Positions 24,161-35,036 of a DNA stretch of 51,512 bases are shown here, in pieces. The translations under genes and the position numbers were made by a program. This DNA is from a virus (Duplodnaviria > Caudoviricetes). Below the pieces are notes generated by a model. That model ran no database searches. It saw nothing but the letters and a program-made list of their open reading frames with translations, and was not told the origin of the DNA. The stretch is from the IMG/VR virus record IMGVR_UViG_3300006918_000003, positions 1 through 51,512 of that record; one strand, given 5' to 3'. Within the stretch, counting starts at the first letter, position 1; each line of letters starts with the position of its first letter.

Positions 24161-26415
24161 TACATATTCCCCAAAGCCGCTAGAATTTGGCTTGGTCTCA
24201 GGTTTCTCCCCTCCGCTTTAGCCATTCCATATATCAAGTCTGCTTTAACAGATGGATTGGTTAAATCGAGTGTAGTATCTGGATCAAGTCCACTATGTTT
24301 TACGATAGTGGCAACATAATCTTTCTTACTTGCACTACCCTTTTCATTCTCATTATTCCACAAACCTGCAATATCACTTACAGTCTTTAATGCTTTCCCT
24401 GTAGTTTTACCTGTGAAGTAACGATCCAATTGGGTGGAGGCAGCCCTAATACCCTCTTCTACATTATCAAATGATTGGAACTTCCCAACCTTACCGGGAA
24501 TGGTAAGATTAAGAGGATTCGTGGCATTTGGTTTCCCCTCTGCTTGTGTTTCCTTTGGTGCAACTATATCTTTCAATACATCATATTGAGGGTATAATAT
24601 CTCTGCTGCTTTTTTAGTATCTACGCCGCTTAGATTGCTAAAGGCCCGCAGTCCTTCATTAATACGAATCCCATACTTCTTAAGTAGAAGATCAGTATCA
24701 GTTGGATTTGAAGTTTGGATATTTAATCTACCATCTGGAAGAACTGACATTTTAACTTCAGTCCCTTTCCCTGAAACAGCAGCTAGGTCTTTCTTAAAAC
24801 CACCTAGAGTTAGCTGCATGTACTCCTCTAGATTCTCACTTGCCTTCCCACGTGCAACATCTGACAATCCTTTAAAGCCTTCTTTATTATTTTGATTACC
24901 AATGGCTTTAACAAAGCTATCATAGAATTGAAACTTATCCCCTGTCTCACTAAATTTAGGGGACTTAGTATCAGCCCATATAGTCTCAATAGTTTGACTA
25001 AGAAGACTGGAACTAGATGGATCACCTTGAGCAGCATTGCCCGCTAATAGATCGACTGCCCCGGATACCAGATTCCGTCCCCTACCATCCCGAATTGTAT
25101 AATCAGTACCCAATCCGTTTGAAACACCAGAGAGAAGATTTCCAAGAGTGTCCTGTATGTTAGCCATCATTTTAGGGTTAGACTCAATTAATCTAGGGGC
25201 ACCATGAGTACTCAATAGTTGAGTCATAATCTTAAGAGCTTCAGGGCTTACCATCTTTGATACTCTTTGATAATCAAGATTCCTAATCATATTAGATTGA
25301 TTCTCTAGGAATTTAACTTGATCTTCCTTAGTTGCAAACTTCTCAAGAGTAGTTAGATTGGCATCTACCTGTTTACTTGCATAATCTAATTGATCCTTGA
25401 CACCAGTTATATGCATAAGAGGCCCAGCCCTTTCCGCTAGGCTTCTTTTTAATCCATCAGCCATTTGTCTAGCTAATGTCATTACATCAGTTTTATCCTC
25501 TGGATTACGTAGAACACCAATCAGAATGTCGTTATATTGATTGACCAATCCATTAATAGCATGGATTCCATTCGGCCCACGAATGAATTCAGCAGCCTGT
25601 AATTTCTCAGAGTTGTTTTGGTATTCAGTTAATCTAGCAACTGCCTCTGCACCAAACTTCTCTTTCTGTACAATTGCATTCTGTTCTTCAGCAAATGCTA
25701 GATCAAACTCCCCTGTACTAGTATAACGATGGGGGATATTATTTTCCTTAGAGATTTGCATAGCAGATTCAATTCTCTTTTGGAATTGTTTCTCTGCTGA
25801 TAGTCCCGCTTGTTTCTCAGCATCAACTAGTGATTCTATTCCAGACAAACCAAGAACCTTCTTGGAATGGGCAAGAATCTCATTGTACATATGAGGGTTA
25901 CGATTGATAGCTTCTCTCGTAACAGCTAATGTACGTTGTGCAAATTCATCAGGAGTCATTACCCCTTGATCGCTTGCCTTACGAAGGGTTGTCATCCTAT
26001 CACGGTATTGAGTCTCTATTGCATTTACATCTTCGATAGAAGCCCCATCCCCTAGCTTACTCCAAAGAGATTGAGAAGTCCGTTCAAGAGTGGCAGCATC
26101 AATAGTGGCGTCAGCAATGATTTGGGGATTCTTCTTACTTTCCATGTAAGCATCAATTTCAGACTCTTGTGCTTTCTCTAGGTCAGCTAAAGCGAATCCT
26201 TCTTTAACTTCTTGTCCCAATTTAATGGCAGCACCAGCAGCAATCCCTGCTCCTTGAGCACCAATGGCTATAGCTTGTGCCCCTATACCTTCACTCCTAT
26301 CTACTACGCCTTGAGTAGCGAAGCTGGCGTGGGATACATTAGGGGCAGACATACCCGTTACTTCTGATCCGAATTGCCCCGGAGTCCGTTGCTGTCTAAT
26401 ACGATCAACTGCCAT
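24160..26415 (-). CDS. Internal virion (ejection) protein with C-terminal lysozyme-like domain
   Basis: Helical body; C-terminal NPLNL...FQSFDNVEEGIRA...LDRY...YVATIVKHSG...MAKAEG pattern. Confidence 0.7.
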   Translation of the reverse strand: MAVDRIRQQRTPGQFGSEVTGMSAPNVSHASFATQGVVDRSEGIGAQAIAIGAQGAGIAAGAAIKLGQEVKEGFALADLEKAQESEIDAYMESKKNPQIIADATIDAATLERTSQSLWSKLGDGASIEDVNAIETQYRDRMTTLRKASDQGVMTPDEFAQRTLAVTREAINRNPHMYNEILAHSKKVLGLSGIESLVDAEKQAGLSAEKQFQKRIESAMQISKENNIPHRYTSTGEFDLAFAEEQNAIVQKEKFGAEAVARLTEYQNNSEKLQAAEFIRGPNGIHAINGLVNQYNDILIGVLRNPEDKTDVMTLARQMADGLKRSLAERAGPLMHITGVKDQLDYASKQVDANLTTLEKFATKEDQVKFLENQSNMIRNLDYQRVSKMVSPEALKIMTQLLSTHGAPRLIESNPKMMANIQDTLGNLLSGVSNGLGTDYTIRDGRGRNLVSGAVDLLAGNAAQGDPSSSSLLSQTIETIWADTKSPKFSETGDKFQFYDSFVKAIGNQNNKEGFKGLSDVARGKASENLEEYMQLTLGGFKKDLAAVSGKGTEVKMSVLPDGRLNIQTSNPTDTDLLLKKYGIRINEGLRAFSNLSGVDTKKAAEILYPQYDVLKDIVAPKETQAEGKPNATNPLNLTIPGKVGKFQSFDNVEEGIRAASTQLDRYFTGKTTGKALKTVSDIAGLWNNENEKGSASKKDYVATIVKHSGLDPDTTLDLTNPSVKADLIYGMAKAEGRNLRPSQILAALGNM

Positions 26416-29400
26416 TATAGTTTACCTTCTTCAAGCAATTTAACAAACTCTTGTGTCTTAGGGTCTTGTGACCTTTTCAATATATCCAACATCTTCATAT
26501 TAGATTCGGTTTGTTTATCTGAATGGTGTTTCCAAATATCTGCAAGGATAGATTGTTTTAATGTTTTATAGCTTCTACGATCTAATTCTAATACGTGATT
26601 AATAACATCAAGTCTATCTTGCTTATTGAAATGTCGTTCAGACAAGAGAGACATAAATGCATTAAGTCTCGAATAGTATATTTCTGATTCTTGTTCTCCA
26701 ATCTTACCTCTGATATTCATTAACCCTTTATGAATATCTTGAGCCATCTCTTTCTTATTAGCCTCTCTATCTCCCATTATGGCAAGCTGCTCATAGGCAT
26801 CTATTTCTTTCTGAGATTGACTCCCAAGGAACATCTTTCCATAGGCTTCAGCTAATGAGTATTGCTCACCCAATCTATTCCCATTAGATGTAACCTTATC
26901 CCTCATCCCTAGAATTAATAGACCTTGAGAATAGTTATTAAAGCCAGAGGCTAACTCAGCAGCTTCTAATGCAGCTTCATTAAAAGACTGTTCATTAATG
27001 TCTCTAGTTACAAACCATCCTTGCATTTGATCCACTGCCTTACCAAATGAACTAGCAAGGCTAAAGGCTGGATAGCGTGGGCTGGAAGAAGGCTTATCAT
27101 CTAATAGTTTAACAGTCTCAGCAGCAAAATCCCAATAAGGTAAGAAGCCCTCTGAGTACGGAGTTAGACTCTTAGATATAGCTAGATTAGATGGAGTGTC
27201 AGGATCAATCAGAGTGGCTATAAGGTTATTAGCCGTATAATCTACCACACCCCTCTTAATCATTTCAGCATTCTTCTTTACTTCTTCATCTTCTGATTGT
27301 TCAACAAAGTGATATATAGCAGCCCCACCGGGAATGCCATACTTAGCTCCATACAAGGTTGCACGGACAGCAGCTAATCTAGCCCGTTGGAACGGAGTCA
27401 TCATTGTTGCATTGTCTTGAAGAATATTCATCAATAGCTTCTGACTAATAGCAGCAAACTGGAAGAAGACAGATAGGGTTCCTTCTTGGTAAGGAAGGTT
27501 TCCTGACTTATCCATGACACCCGCCAGCCTCTTAGCTTCAGCAGCAATGATTTCTTTATTCTCTTTAGTGCTCCATTTCTTACCCGGATTCTGTTGCTTC
27601 CATAACTCTTTAGCTTGTAGGTATAAACCAATTCTATTAGTCAATTCAGCAGCGTCGAATCCTACAGCACGGCTGATACGAATTGGAGCCTTAGCAACGT
27701 TCTCAATATCCTTAAAGGCTTTCTCAGGAGTGTTCTCAACAAGGTTTCTATCAACCTCTTTAAACATCCCATGTACTAGAACATTCAAGTCAATAGACTC
27801 TAATAGTCCTGAGTCTTTAATAGCCTTTATGGTTTCAGCAAACTCTTCAGGAGACAGTCCAGAAGATTGTCTAGTCATACCAGTTATAATATTAGAGAAA
27901 GGCTTTAGTAGGTTAGCCTCTCCTGATAAAGCAAGGCGTATAGCCAGCATTTCCTTAAACATTGGTAATGCTGTATGTGGATTAATGGCATACATTTCCA
28001 TCAACTGTGCTGGCTGAATAATCCATTGACGAATAGGATTCAAATGGATATAGGCAGCAGTCGTTGCCATCTTTGCAGCTTTGACTGGAAGATTACCTTT
28101 ATCCCCTATCTTACGAATACCATCAGCAGGTATCCTAACCTTCTCTAAGAGGTCAGCTATATTATGAAGATGGGTTTTCCATAGATGATCCCCTAATGTT
28201 TCATATACCTTTTGTTTACTGTAGAATTCGAACAGTCTTTGAGCAGTTTGGAAACGGACATTGTCCTCTTTAGACATATTTCTAAGAGGCTTAATGTCTG
28301 TCTTATACTGAGGGAATTCTCCCTTCTCTAAGAAGTCAGGGAATGACCTAGTGAAGCTTGACCTAAATGTATTTTCCCATTCACGGAATGCTCCAATCCT
28401 AGAGAGATTTTGTGCAAGTTTAATAGCCGTGACAAGCCTATCTTCAATACGGACTTCTCCCGTAGAAGACTTAAGACGCTCTCCTCTTTTCTTAGATTGT
28501 CTAAACATCTCAGTATGAACTTGATAGTCAGTAATGACCCTACCAAATGTATTGGTACGATCAGGACGAATCTTAACTGTCCATTCAGGATGGTTGGCTT
28601 GTGCTTGATCTATTAATGCATTAGCTTCTCTTTCAGTTCTAGTGGCCGCAACAGTGCGGGAATAATTACGTAGCTTATTAGGGTCTTTAATCTCAACTCC
28701 ATTGACTGTCATCTTATTGGGGATAACATCAACGAAGAAGTTCTCTTTAACTAGTCTAGGAGAATACCCCGGAACTCTAGGAAGGACTTCTGTAGGAAGC
28801 ATGTCAAGTTTAACATCACCTTCAATCAATCCGAATTCATAGACAGCCCCATCATTCTCAACCTTATTACCTAGCCGAACGATCTGTGAGGCATTCTGTT
28901 CAATCTCTTGTGGATCGAACTTAACAGGTTTGTTATAGTAATAACTCCATATCTCTTTAATACCATCATAGTCTTTAGGAGATACTTTATCTGAGGCAGG
29001 GCCGAGGTATTGTCCTTCTTTGGTATATACTCCTTTATGACCATCATTAACTAGACGATGACGATACTCCCTATTCATGAAGGCATACGAATAATGTTGC
29101 ATCCTTCTCCAATAGGTATGAGTTTCGAATAGATCATCTACTTGTCTTTTAGATAGATGAGGAAAGTAAGAGCTTATTTCTGCTTTAGAAAAAGCTTCTT
29201 TACCAATTCCTTCAGCCTCGTCAATGAGATGATTAAGCTCTCTACCATGCTTAGTCCCTGCAACATGCTCGTCAAAAGCTTTAATAAATGCATCTTCTAA
29301 CCTTGTTCCCCTTTCAATTGCCCTCATTGCTCCCCGCTCTACTGCATCAGGGAAACGACCAGCATGGAATAACCAGTTCCCTAAAGAGGAACGAGCAAGC

Positions 29401-31514
29401 CCATCTGCTTTTACTCCTAGAATAGATGTTTGGATACTATCAGGCCCGAAGGTACTAATAGCAGCATCATCATATACCTTCTTCCAATCCCATGTAACAG
29501 CAAAGCTGCCATCGGCCCGTTTGATTATACCAGCCGTGCCTCTTTCTTCTTCGGGGAGTTTTTGTATATATTTATTAAGATTGTCCAATCCTACTTGAGC
29601 ATCTGTTAATGTAAGAAAGCCAGAGGCAGAATTAGGGCCAAAGGCCATCTTCCCTTCAGAGATAAAATCAGTGAAGTTAGTTACACTATTAGACTGTTGA
29701 TAATGAAGTCCTGTAATCTCTTGTGTAGCTTGATATATACGTGCAGCATCGTCGTCACGCTTAGAAGCGTCAACGATATTAGGATCATAACGGAAGTCAT
29801 CAAACAACTCTTTCATTGAGTTGTCTAAGGATTGGATAGACTTCGATAGATCAGGATGTACCTTGTTTAATGATTCATCAAATGCTTTAGGTAAGACCCA
29901 ATCATTAATTATACTTCCTTTATCTGTACCAAGAGCCTCAGCAATAACCCCTGATGGCTCTTTAATTGCAGCAACACCTAGTGTCTCCGCCATTTTAGGA
30001 TTTGCGGCGGCAGTTACTTGAGCAGGACTTCCCGGAATAATAAAGGTGGTATCAATCTGCTCATCCCGTTGGGGAACAGATTTAAGGCCATCTAAAAGAG
30101 CTTTTGCTTGCTCTCTCAAAGCCCAAGACTTATCTTTCCAATTATCAGATTTCCAAAGACCATCCTTTGCTTCTTTCTCTATTTTCTGTGCTTGACGTAT
30201 AAGAGCATTTGCTTCTTTTCTAATTTCCCCATTGCTTCTTACTTGAGAAATTCCTATATCAGATAGGACTTTTTCATGTCGTTCTTCAGGGGTAAGTTTA
30301 GCATCAGCTTTAGCACGGGATTCTGCCGTGCCAGCCTCACCATTCCTACCCACAAACATAGTGTCTGTAAACCTAGTTTCATTAGATTTATCTTGTAAGA
30401 GTAGAGGTTTAGGAGGAGCTAATTGGGCTAGAGGAGCTTCAATATTAGCCCCCTCTCCTATCTTAGATTGGAATTCTGTAGGGGCAGCTTTACGTCCAAA
30501 GACAGCCCCAATCAATGCACCAAATACAGCATTGACTGTCATGTTTTTAGGATCAAGTTGTTGCTGGCGCAATTCAGGATAGGCTTCTAATATCTGATTC
30601 TGGATATTAGTATCTAGCTCACCTATAGTAACTGCCCCGGCTCCATTAAAGATCATTGCCTTTAATAGACTACCAGCTTTAAAGATAGGCAAGGCAAAGT
30701 CTGCTGAAGTCATTCCAGCAGATGCCATAGATGCATTTAATCTATCTTCAGCAGCTACATTTTCTTGTCCTAACTCAGCAAATTTAGAGGCACCTTGTAA
30801 TGCGCCGCCAACAGCAGCAGTACCAAAGATTGCAGCAAGAGGGCCACCAGCAAATGCAGCAGGTAAAGCCCCACCAATAAGCCCCACCGCTTGACCGACC
30901 CCTGCACTGATAGGATTAGCAGAAGCCAGTTTCTTATACTCTTCATGTCCTGTCTTATATTCCTCGTCAGATACAAGGCCGAGAGTATTCCCTACTCCCT
31001 CATACAGATGGCTTATCCCACCTAGAAAAGACTTTAGGTGGGATACATTATTTTTAATATCATGATTACGTCTTTCTATTTCCATTTGAGCACGACGATT
31101 CTGTAGGTTATCTACAACCCAATCTTGTGCCCGTTGCTGAAAGACAGTATCATTCAGATCGTCATTAGAAGCTGCCTTCTGTATATACCTCTCTTTAAGG
31201 GAAGTAGGTACGAAACCATTCAGAGAATAAGAACGTAATACCGCTTTCTTAGTGTTATGGTCAATTGTGGTATCTCCAATGATACCTTCTATAGCTTGAC
31301 GATTACCTTCATTCTGTTCTTGATCCCATTGATGTTTGACATTGTTGACGAACTCAGAATCACCATTGGATTCTAAGTCCATCTTAATTTTCATATAGTC
31401 TTCTATGGGGTTTTCTTTAGACGCAGCAGCAGCATAGAAGGCTTGTTCACTAGCCTCTTTAGGAGAAGGGAGAGGTTTCTCTTCCTCAATGGGTGGTACA
31501 ATAAAATTATCCAT
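26415..31514 (-). CDS. Large internal virion (ejection) protein, 1699 aa
   Basis: Size, helical composition, Gly/Ala hydrophobic segments and position after the tail genes. Confidence 0.7.
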   Translation of the reverse strand: MDNFIVPPIEEEKPLPSPKEASEQAFYAAAASKENPIEDYMKIKMDLESNGDSEFVNNVKHQWDQEQNEGNRQAIEGIIGDTTIDHNTKKAVLRSYSLNGFVPTSLKERYIQKAASNDDLNDTVFQQRAQDWVVDNLQNRRAQMEIERRNHDIKNNVSHLKSFLGGISHLYEGVGNTLGLVSDEEYKTGHEEYKKLASANPISAGVGQAVGLIGGALPAAFAGGPLAAIFGTAAVGGALQGASKFAELGQENVAAEDRLNASMASAGMTSADFALPIFKAGSLLKAMIFNGAGAVTIGELDTNIQNQILEAYPELRQQQLDPKNMTVNAVFGALIGAVFGRKAAPTEFQSKIGEGANIEAPLAQLAPPKPLLLQDKSNETRFTDTMFVGRNGEAGTAESRAKADAKLTPEERHEKVLSDIGISQVRSNGEIRKEANALIRQAQKIEKEAKDGLWKSDNWKDKSWALREQAKALLDGLKSVPQRDEQIDTTFIIPGSPAQVTAAANPKMAETLGVAAIKEPSGVIAEALGTDKGSIINDWVLPKAFDESLNKVHPDLSKSIQSLDNSMKELFDDFRYDPNIVDASKRDDDAARIYQATQEITGLHYQQSNSVTNFTDFISEGKMAFGPNSASGFLTLTDAQVGLDNLNKYIQKLPEEERGTAGIIKRADGSFAVTWDWKKVYDDAAISTFGPDSIQTSILGVKADGLARSSLGNWLFHAGRFPDAVERGAMRAIERGTRLEDAFIKAFDEHVAGTKHGRELNHLIDEAEGIGKEAFSKAEISSYFPHLSKRQVDDLFETHTYWRRMQHYSYAFMNREYRHRLVNDGHKGVYTKEGQYLGPASDKVSPKDYDGIKEIWSYYYNKPVKFDPQEIEQNASQIVRLGNKVENDGAVYEFGLIEGDVKLDMLPTEVLPRVPGYSPRLVKENFFVDVIPNKMTVNGVEIKDPNKLRNYSRTVAATRTEREANALIDQAQANHPEWTVKIRPDRTNTFGRVITDYQVHTEMFRQSKKRGERLKSSTGEVRIEDRLVTAIKLAQNLSRIGAFREWENTFRSSFTRSFPDFLEKGEFPQYKTDIKPLRNMSKEDNVRFQTAQRLFEFYSKQKVYETLGDHLWKTHLHNIADLLEKVRIPADGIRKIGDKGNLPVKAAKMATTAAYIHLNPIRQWIIQPAQLMEMYAINPHTALPMFKEMLAIRLALSGEANLLKPFSNIITGMTRQSSGLSPEEFAETIKAIKDSGLLESIDLNVLVHGMFKEVDRNLVENTPEKAFKDIENVAKAPIRISRAVGFDAAELTNRIGLYLQAKELWKQQNPGKKWSTKENKEIIAAEAKRLAGVMDKSGNLPYQEGTLSVFFQFAAISQKLLMNILQDNATMMTPFQRARLAAVRATLYGAKYGIPGGAAIYHFVEQSEDEEVKKNAEMIKRGVVDYTANNLIATLIDPDTPSNLAISKSLTPYSEGFLPYWDFAAETVKLLDDKPSSSPRYPAFSLASSFGKAVDQMQGWFVTRDINEQSFNEAALEAAELASGFNNYSQGLLILGMRDKVTSNGNRLGEQYSLAEAYGKMFLGSQSQKEIDAYEQLAIMGDREANKKEMAQDIHKGLMNIRGKIGEQESEIYYSRLNAFMSLLSERHFNKQDRLDVINHVLELDRRSYKTLKQSILADIWKHHSDKQTESNMKMLDILKRSQDPKTQEFVKLLEEGKL

Positions 31515-32062
31515 TAACCAAATATAGACTTATGTGTATTCCCACCAGCCCACGATGTAGCTCCTGATTTAGCTCCACCAGCGAACTCACCTACGGCTCC
31601 TGCTACATGGCCTACAGCACCAAAGATTGATTGCCACATCTGGCCCTTAGCACCAGCATTGAAGAAATCTGCTTGAGCGTCAGCCTCGCGTTGATTAGAA
31701 GCACTCAATTGTTCAGCAAAGGAAGACATGGAACCAAGCGTCCCAAGGTTATATCCCAATTGAGATTGGATACTAGACGTTGCACCTGATACACCACTGG
31801 AACCACCAGTGACCCCAATGCCAGCATTACCAGCACCAGCTATAACTTGTGCTCTACGTATCCTAGCCTCTCTTACTTGGCCTACACGTTCACGCTGATT
31901 CAATACAGCTTGCCGTGCCCTCTCAATCCTATTCTGTTCTTGTTGGGCTGCAACTTGTCGTTGAACAGCTTTCTTCTGTTTGTTGGCAGCAGATATACCC
32001 ATAACGGTGCTACCAATAGAAGCCCCGATTCCAACTAATCCGGCAACGACGGCTATAGGCAT
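31514..32062 (-). CDS. Small internal virion/ejection protein (T7 gp14-like role)
   Basis: Hydrophobic Gly/Ala N-terminus, Gln/Arg-rich helix and synteny. Confidence 0.65.
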   Translation of the reverse strand: MPIAVVAGLVGIGASIGSTVMGISAANKQKKAVQRQVAAQQEQNRIERARQAVLNQRERVGQVREARIRRAQVIAGAGNAGIGVTGGSSGVSGATSSIQSQLGYNLGTLGSMSSFAEQLSASNQREADAQADFFNAGAKGQMWQSIFGAVGHVAGAVGEFAGGAKSGATSWAGGNTHKSIFG

Positions 32063-32451
32063 TTTACTTCCTCTCTAGTGATTCCATATATATCTTGATC
32101 TATCATTACACTATTAAGAAGAAAGCTATGTTTCAATGTCCCTTCATAAGACATAACAGACTTAGCCAATCTAATAGCGAGTCTATTATTAGTAGGGATC
32201 ATTACCATTAGCTTCTCTAATTTAACCATGTCATTAAAAATAAACTTTAATCCTTCTTCACATATCCCTTTCATCTGTCCCTTTAGAGACTTATCGATGT
32301 TAGACATATGCAATTCATACAGATGTTCTGAGTGCGGAATTAGGATAAATTGTCCTAGTATCAGATTACCTTTCTTTAAGAACATCTTAATAGTAGGAAT
32401 CTTTGCTCCTTCTTCAGCACTCACTGTATATAAGTTAGACACTACTCCCAC
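32053..32451 (-). CDS. GNAT-fold acetyltransferase-like morphogenesis protein
   Basis: NNRLAIRLAKSVMSYEGTLK...DIYGI resembles the RimJ/RimL C-terminal motif; position equivalent to T7 gp13. Confidence 0.65.
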   Translation of the reverse strand: MGVVSNLYTVSAEEGAKIPTIKMFLKKGNLILGQFILIPHSEHLYELHMSNIDKSLKGQMKGICEEGLKFIFNDMVKLEKLMVMIPTNNRLAIRLAKSVMSYEGTLKHSFLLNSVMIDQDIYGITREEVKCL

Positions 32452-34849
32452 CAGTTAATGATACAGCCCAACCAAGAATACGCATATCCTTTCCAGACTC
32501 AGACTGAATCTTAAGGGATAGGGCTTTACCTGAACCTCTTAATTTATTCTTTGTTACAATGACCCCTTCACCATAATCAAAATCATCAGCAGCACCAGAG
32601 GGAATATAGTTTCTCTTTAATCTATATGCTTGGAACTGTGTTCCCCATTTACCACTGTTAGCTGATGTGGCCCAATTCCATTGTGCCTGTACTAAACATG
32701 AAGAAGGATTATCACTTTGTAGATTACCATCAGCATCTAATGAGAATCCATCCTCTGTTCTTTCTAAACACATAATAAGGTAAGGGACTTGTTTACGTCT
32801 GAGAATGTCCCCAAACAATTCATACCCTGTTATAATATAGCTAGAGAAGTCCACTCCAACTGCATCAACGGATCGCCAATCCATAAAGGTGTCATCAATG
32901 TATTGTCCTAGTGTGAAGTAGGTTCCATTCATAGTCAGGAAACTAAACTGACTACTACGATTACTAAATACATTTGACGTTACGTTGACAGCATCCGTAC
33001 CAACCATTACGGCATCTGTCCCTACATATACAGGATCATCTGCCTCTGCTGATACATATTTAGGTAGTTCTACATAATCACATATATAAGGGGAAGAAGC
33101 TGTGTGCTCTCCTATCGTGTTTAGGTAGAATGACTTCAATGTAAAGTCTAAGACTAATTCCCTATTGTAATGATTTATATAATTAGTATAACCATATTCA
33201 GAATCATCATTGTATAACCAGCGAATCCTATTCTCTTGCTCATCATAGAATCCTCTAACATTATCCCTAGTGGTACTGGTCAATGAATTGTAGAGGGATT
33301 GTATGGTTTGTATGGTTATATTCTCAGCCTGATAGCGACCACTAATAGGGTCTTGGGTAAGGACGAATATACCAGCTTTAGACCAATAGGCTACACCCTG
33401 ATTGAATTCTACAATGGAGCGTACAGATTCCGTACCAACGGAACTGATCTTAGATACTTGATAAGAGGTTGCATTAAATCCCCCTGTATCTCCAAAGACT
33501 TCCCACACCCCATTCTGAGCAAAGACAATAAGAGAAGTCCTAGTAGATAGGAGTTTAACTATCTTTGTAACTTCTGGTATTTGTATTGTGCCACCATCAG
33601 TGGCTACAATCTCATTTATCTCAGGGTTAGTGGGGTCAGCTTCTTGATAGCATTTACCTAATACGTCTTTCGCTGTGGCTACTTGAGAAAAGAATATATA
33701 GCTAGAATAGTTAGGAGACTTCTCATCACCATTAACAATGACAGATTCAATACCAGAGTAGAATACTCGTCCAGCAAAGGACGCTATGGTTGTTATACGA
33801 TTCTGTTCAGAGTCAGCCGGTAGGGATGTTATACCTGTTAACGCTTGACGAGAAGAACCACGATCAAATGCATCAATAGTAAAGGCGCCCTTGGGGGCTT
33901 CTACTTTATATATAGAGTTCTTCTTAAGGGACTCAGGATCATACTTCTCAAAGTCAGCACTTGATACATCACCTACTTTACCTAAAGTCCAGACGTCACA
34001 GTTGCTAGGATATACACCTATAGTAGTTTTAGTACATTCAATAGCCCCAACAGATACTGGGGTACTAGCAGTGACAATCTCTTCTACTTTAATCCAAGTA
34101 CCAGTAGGGGCAGTGCCTAGTCCTATTAGCCCCATGATAGTTGCTGCAGCAGCGGCTTGTCCCGGCTGCACTAACATCCAAGTGCTAGTTGTCTTTATAG
34201 TATCAGTGGAAGTGGTTCCACATTTAGATGTAATAGACGGACTCCACCCTTGATTAACTAGGTTATAGTTATGCTCAGGGGTTAATGTTACAGGGCGAAC
34301 GTCCACTGCAATAGAGTCCACTACACCCCATATATCTCTAACCTGAATAGGTATAATCTCACTCGATACAGTTTGAGTGGCTTTAGTATAAGAGAGTAGT
34401 ATTGGATACTCAAGATCGGCAGAAACTATTACTAGTTTGTTATTTACAATAGCAGTCTCTATTTCGCTATTGGCTAATCCAGATATAGTTAGACCTGCCC
34501 CTGCATTAAGGAGATGACTAGAAGGGGAAGTAGAAAGGAGATTAATAAACCAGAGTGTATTGTAGACACGAATGACTCCAATACTGACAGATGTATCTCC
34601 GTCAGGAGAGGGCCACTTGTGATGAGAAACTCTAGTAGAAGAAAGGATACTAGAATTAAAGCCAGTTGAGGTTAGGGCATAACCCAACTCATAATCAAGA
34701 CCTAGCCTTCTTGATACTTTTCCATTACGTTCTAGAATTAGATTGTCTAATTCAATTGCAGCGTTTTCCGGGAACGACAAAGAAGAGGCTTCAGTTATAA
34801 GCCCCTTCGTAAAGTTATTGTACTGTTTTTCCGACTTAACGCTTGGCAT
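32435..34849 (-). CDS. Tail nozzle / tail tubular protein B
   Basis: 804-aa beta-rich protein; NFTKGLITEAS, FAGRVFYSG, KLRGSGKALSL; synteny. Confidence 0.8.
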   Translation of the reverse strand: MPSVKSEKQYNNFTKGLITEASSLSFPENAAIELDNLILERNGKVSRRLGLDYELGYALTSTGFNSSILSSTRVSHHKWPSPDGDTSVSIGVIRVYNTLWFINLLSTSPSSHLLNAGAGLTISGLANSEIETAIVNNKLVIVSADLEYPILLSYTKATQTVSSEIIPIQVRDIWGVVDSIAVDVRPVTLTPEHNYNLVNQGWSPSITSKCGTTSTDTIKTTSTWMLVQPGQAAAAATIMGLIGLGTAPTGTWIKVEEIVTASTPVSVGAIECTKTTIGVYPSNCDVWTLGKVGDVSSADFEKYDPESLKKNSIYKVEAPKGAFTIDAFDRGSSRQALTGITSLPADSEQNRITTIASFAGRVFYSGIESVIVNGDEKSPNYSSYIFFSQVATAKDVLGKCYQEADPTNPEINEIVATDGGTIQIPEVTKIVKLLSTRTSLIVFAQNGVWEVFGDTGGFNATSYQVSKISSVGTESVRSIVEFNQGVAYWSKAGIFVLTQDPISGRYQAENITIQTIQSLYNSLTSTTRDNVRGFYDEQENRIRWLYNDDSEYGYTNYINHYNRELVLDFTLKSFYLNTIGEHTASSPYICDYVELPKYVSAEADDPVYVGTDAVMVGTDAVNVTSNVFSNRSSQFSFLTMNGTYFTLGQYIDDTFMDWRSVDAVGVDFSSYIITGYELFGDILRRKQVPYLIMCLERTEDGFSLDADGNLQSDNPSSCLVQAQWNWATSANSGKWGTQFQAYRLKRNYIPSGAADDFDYGEGVIVTKNKLRGSGKALSLKIQSESGKDMRILGWAVSLTGGSSV

Positions 34850-35036
34850 TCTCTTTGGGCTTTGTCCGTTCTAGGTATCTTGCTAAAGCTACTTTTGCTG
34901 CTCTCTCATCCATGAAGATTCCTGATAAGTCTTCTGGGAGTTCACCACCGGGAACGAATTGGAACTTATATGCTGTATGTCTTCGATCAGGGATTAATTG
35001 AATTGTCTTGCCACCATGTGTCTTAGCTTCTATCAT
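34836..35036 (-). CDS. Small hypothetical protein between tail genes
   Basis: 66-aa ORF overlapping both neighbours; GGELPEDLSGIF. Confidence 0.65.
   Translation of the reverse strand: MIEAKTHGGKTIQLIPDRRHTAYKFQFVPGGELPEDLSGIFMDERAAKVALARYLERTKPKENAKR

Noticed and set aside
24635-34253. Numerous short opposite-strand or alternate-frame ORFs inside large structural genes
   Set aside because: Shadow ORFs with no RBS or motifs, fully overlapping well-supported genes; the same applies to those in the early arm.
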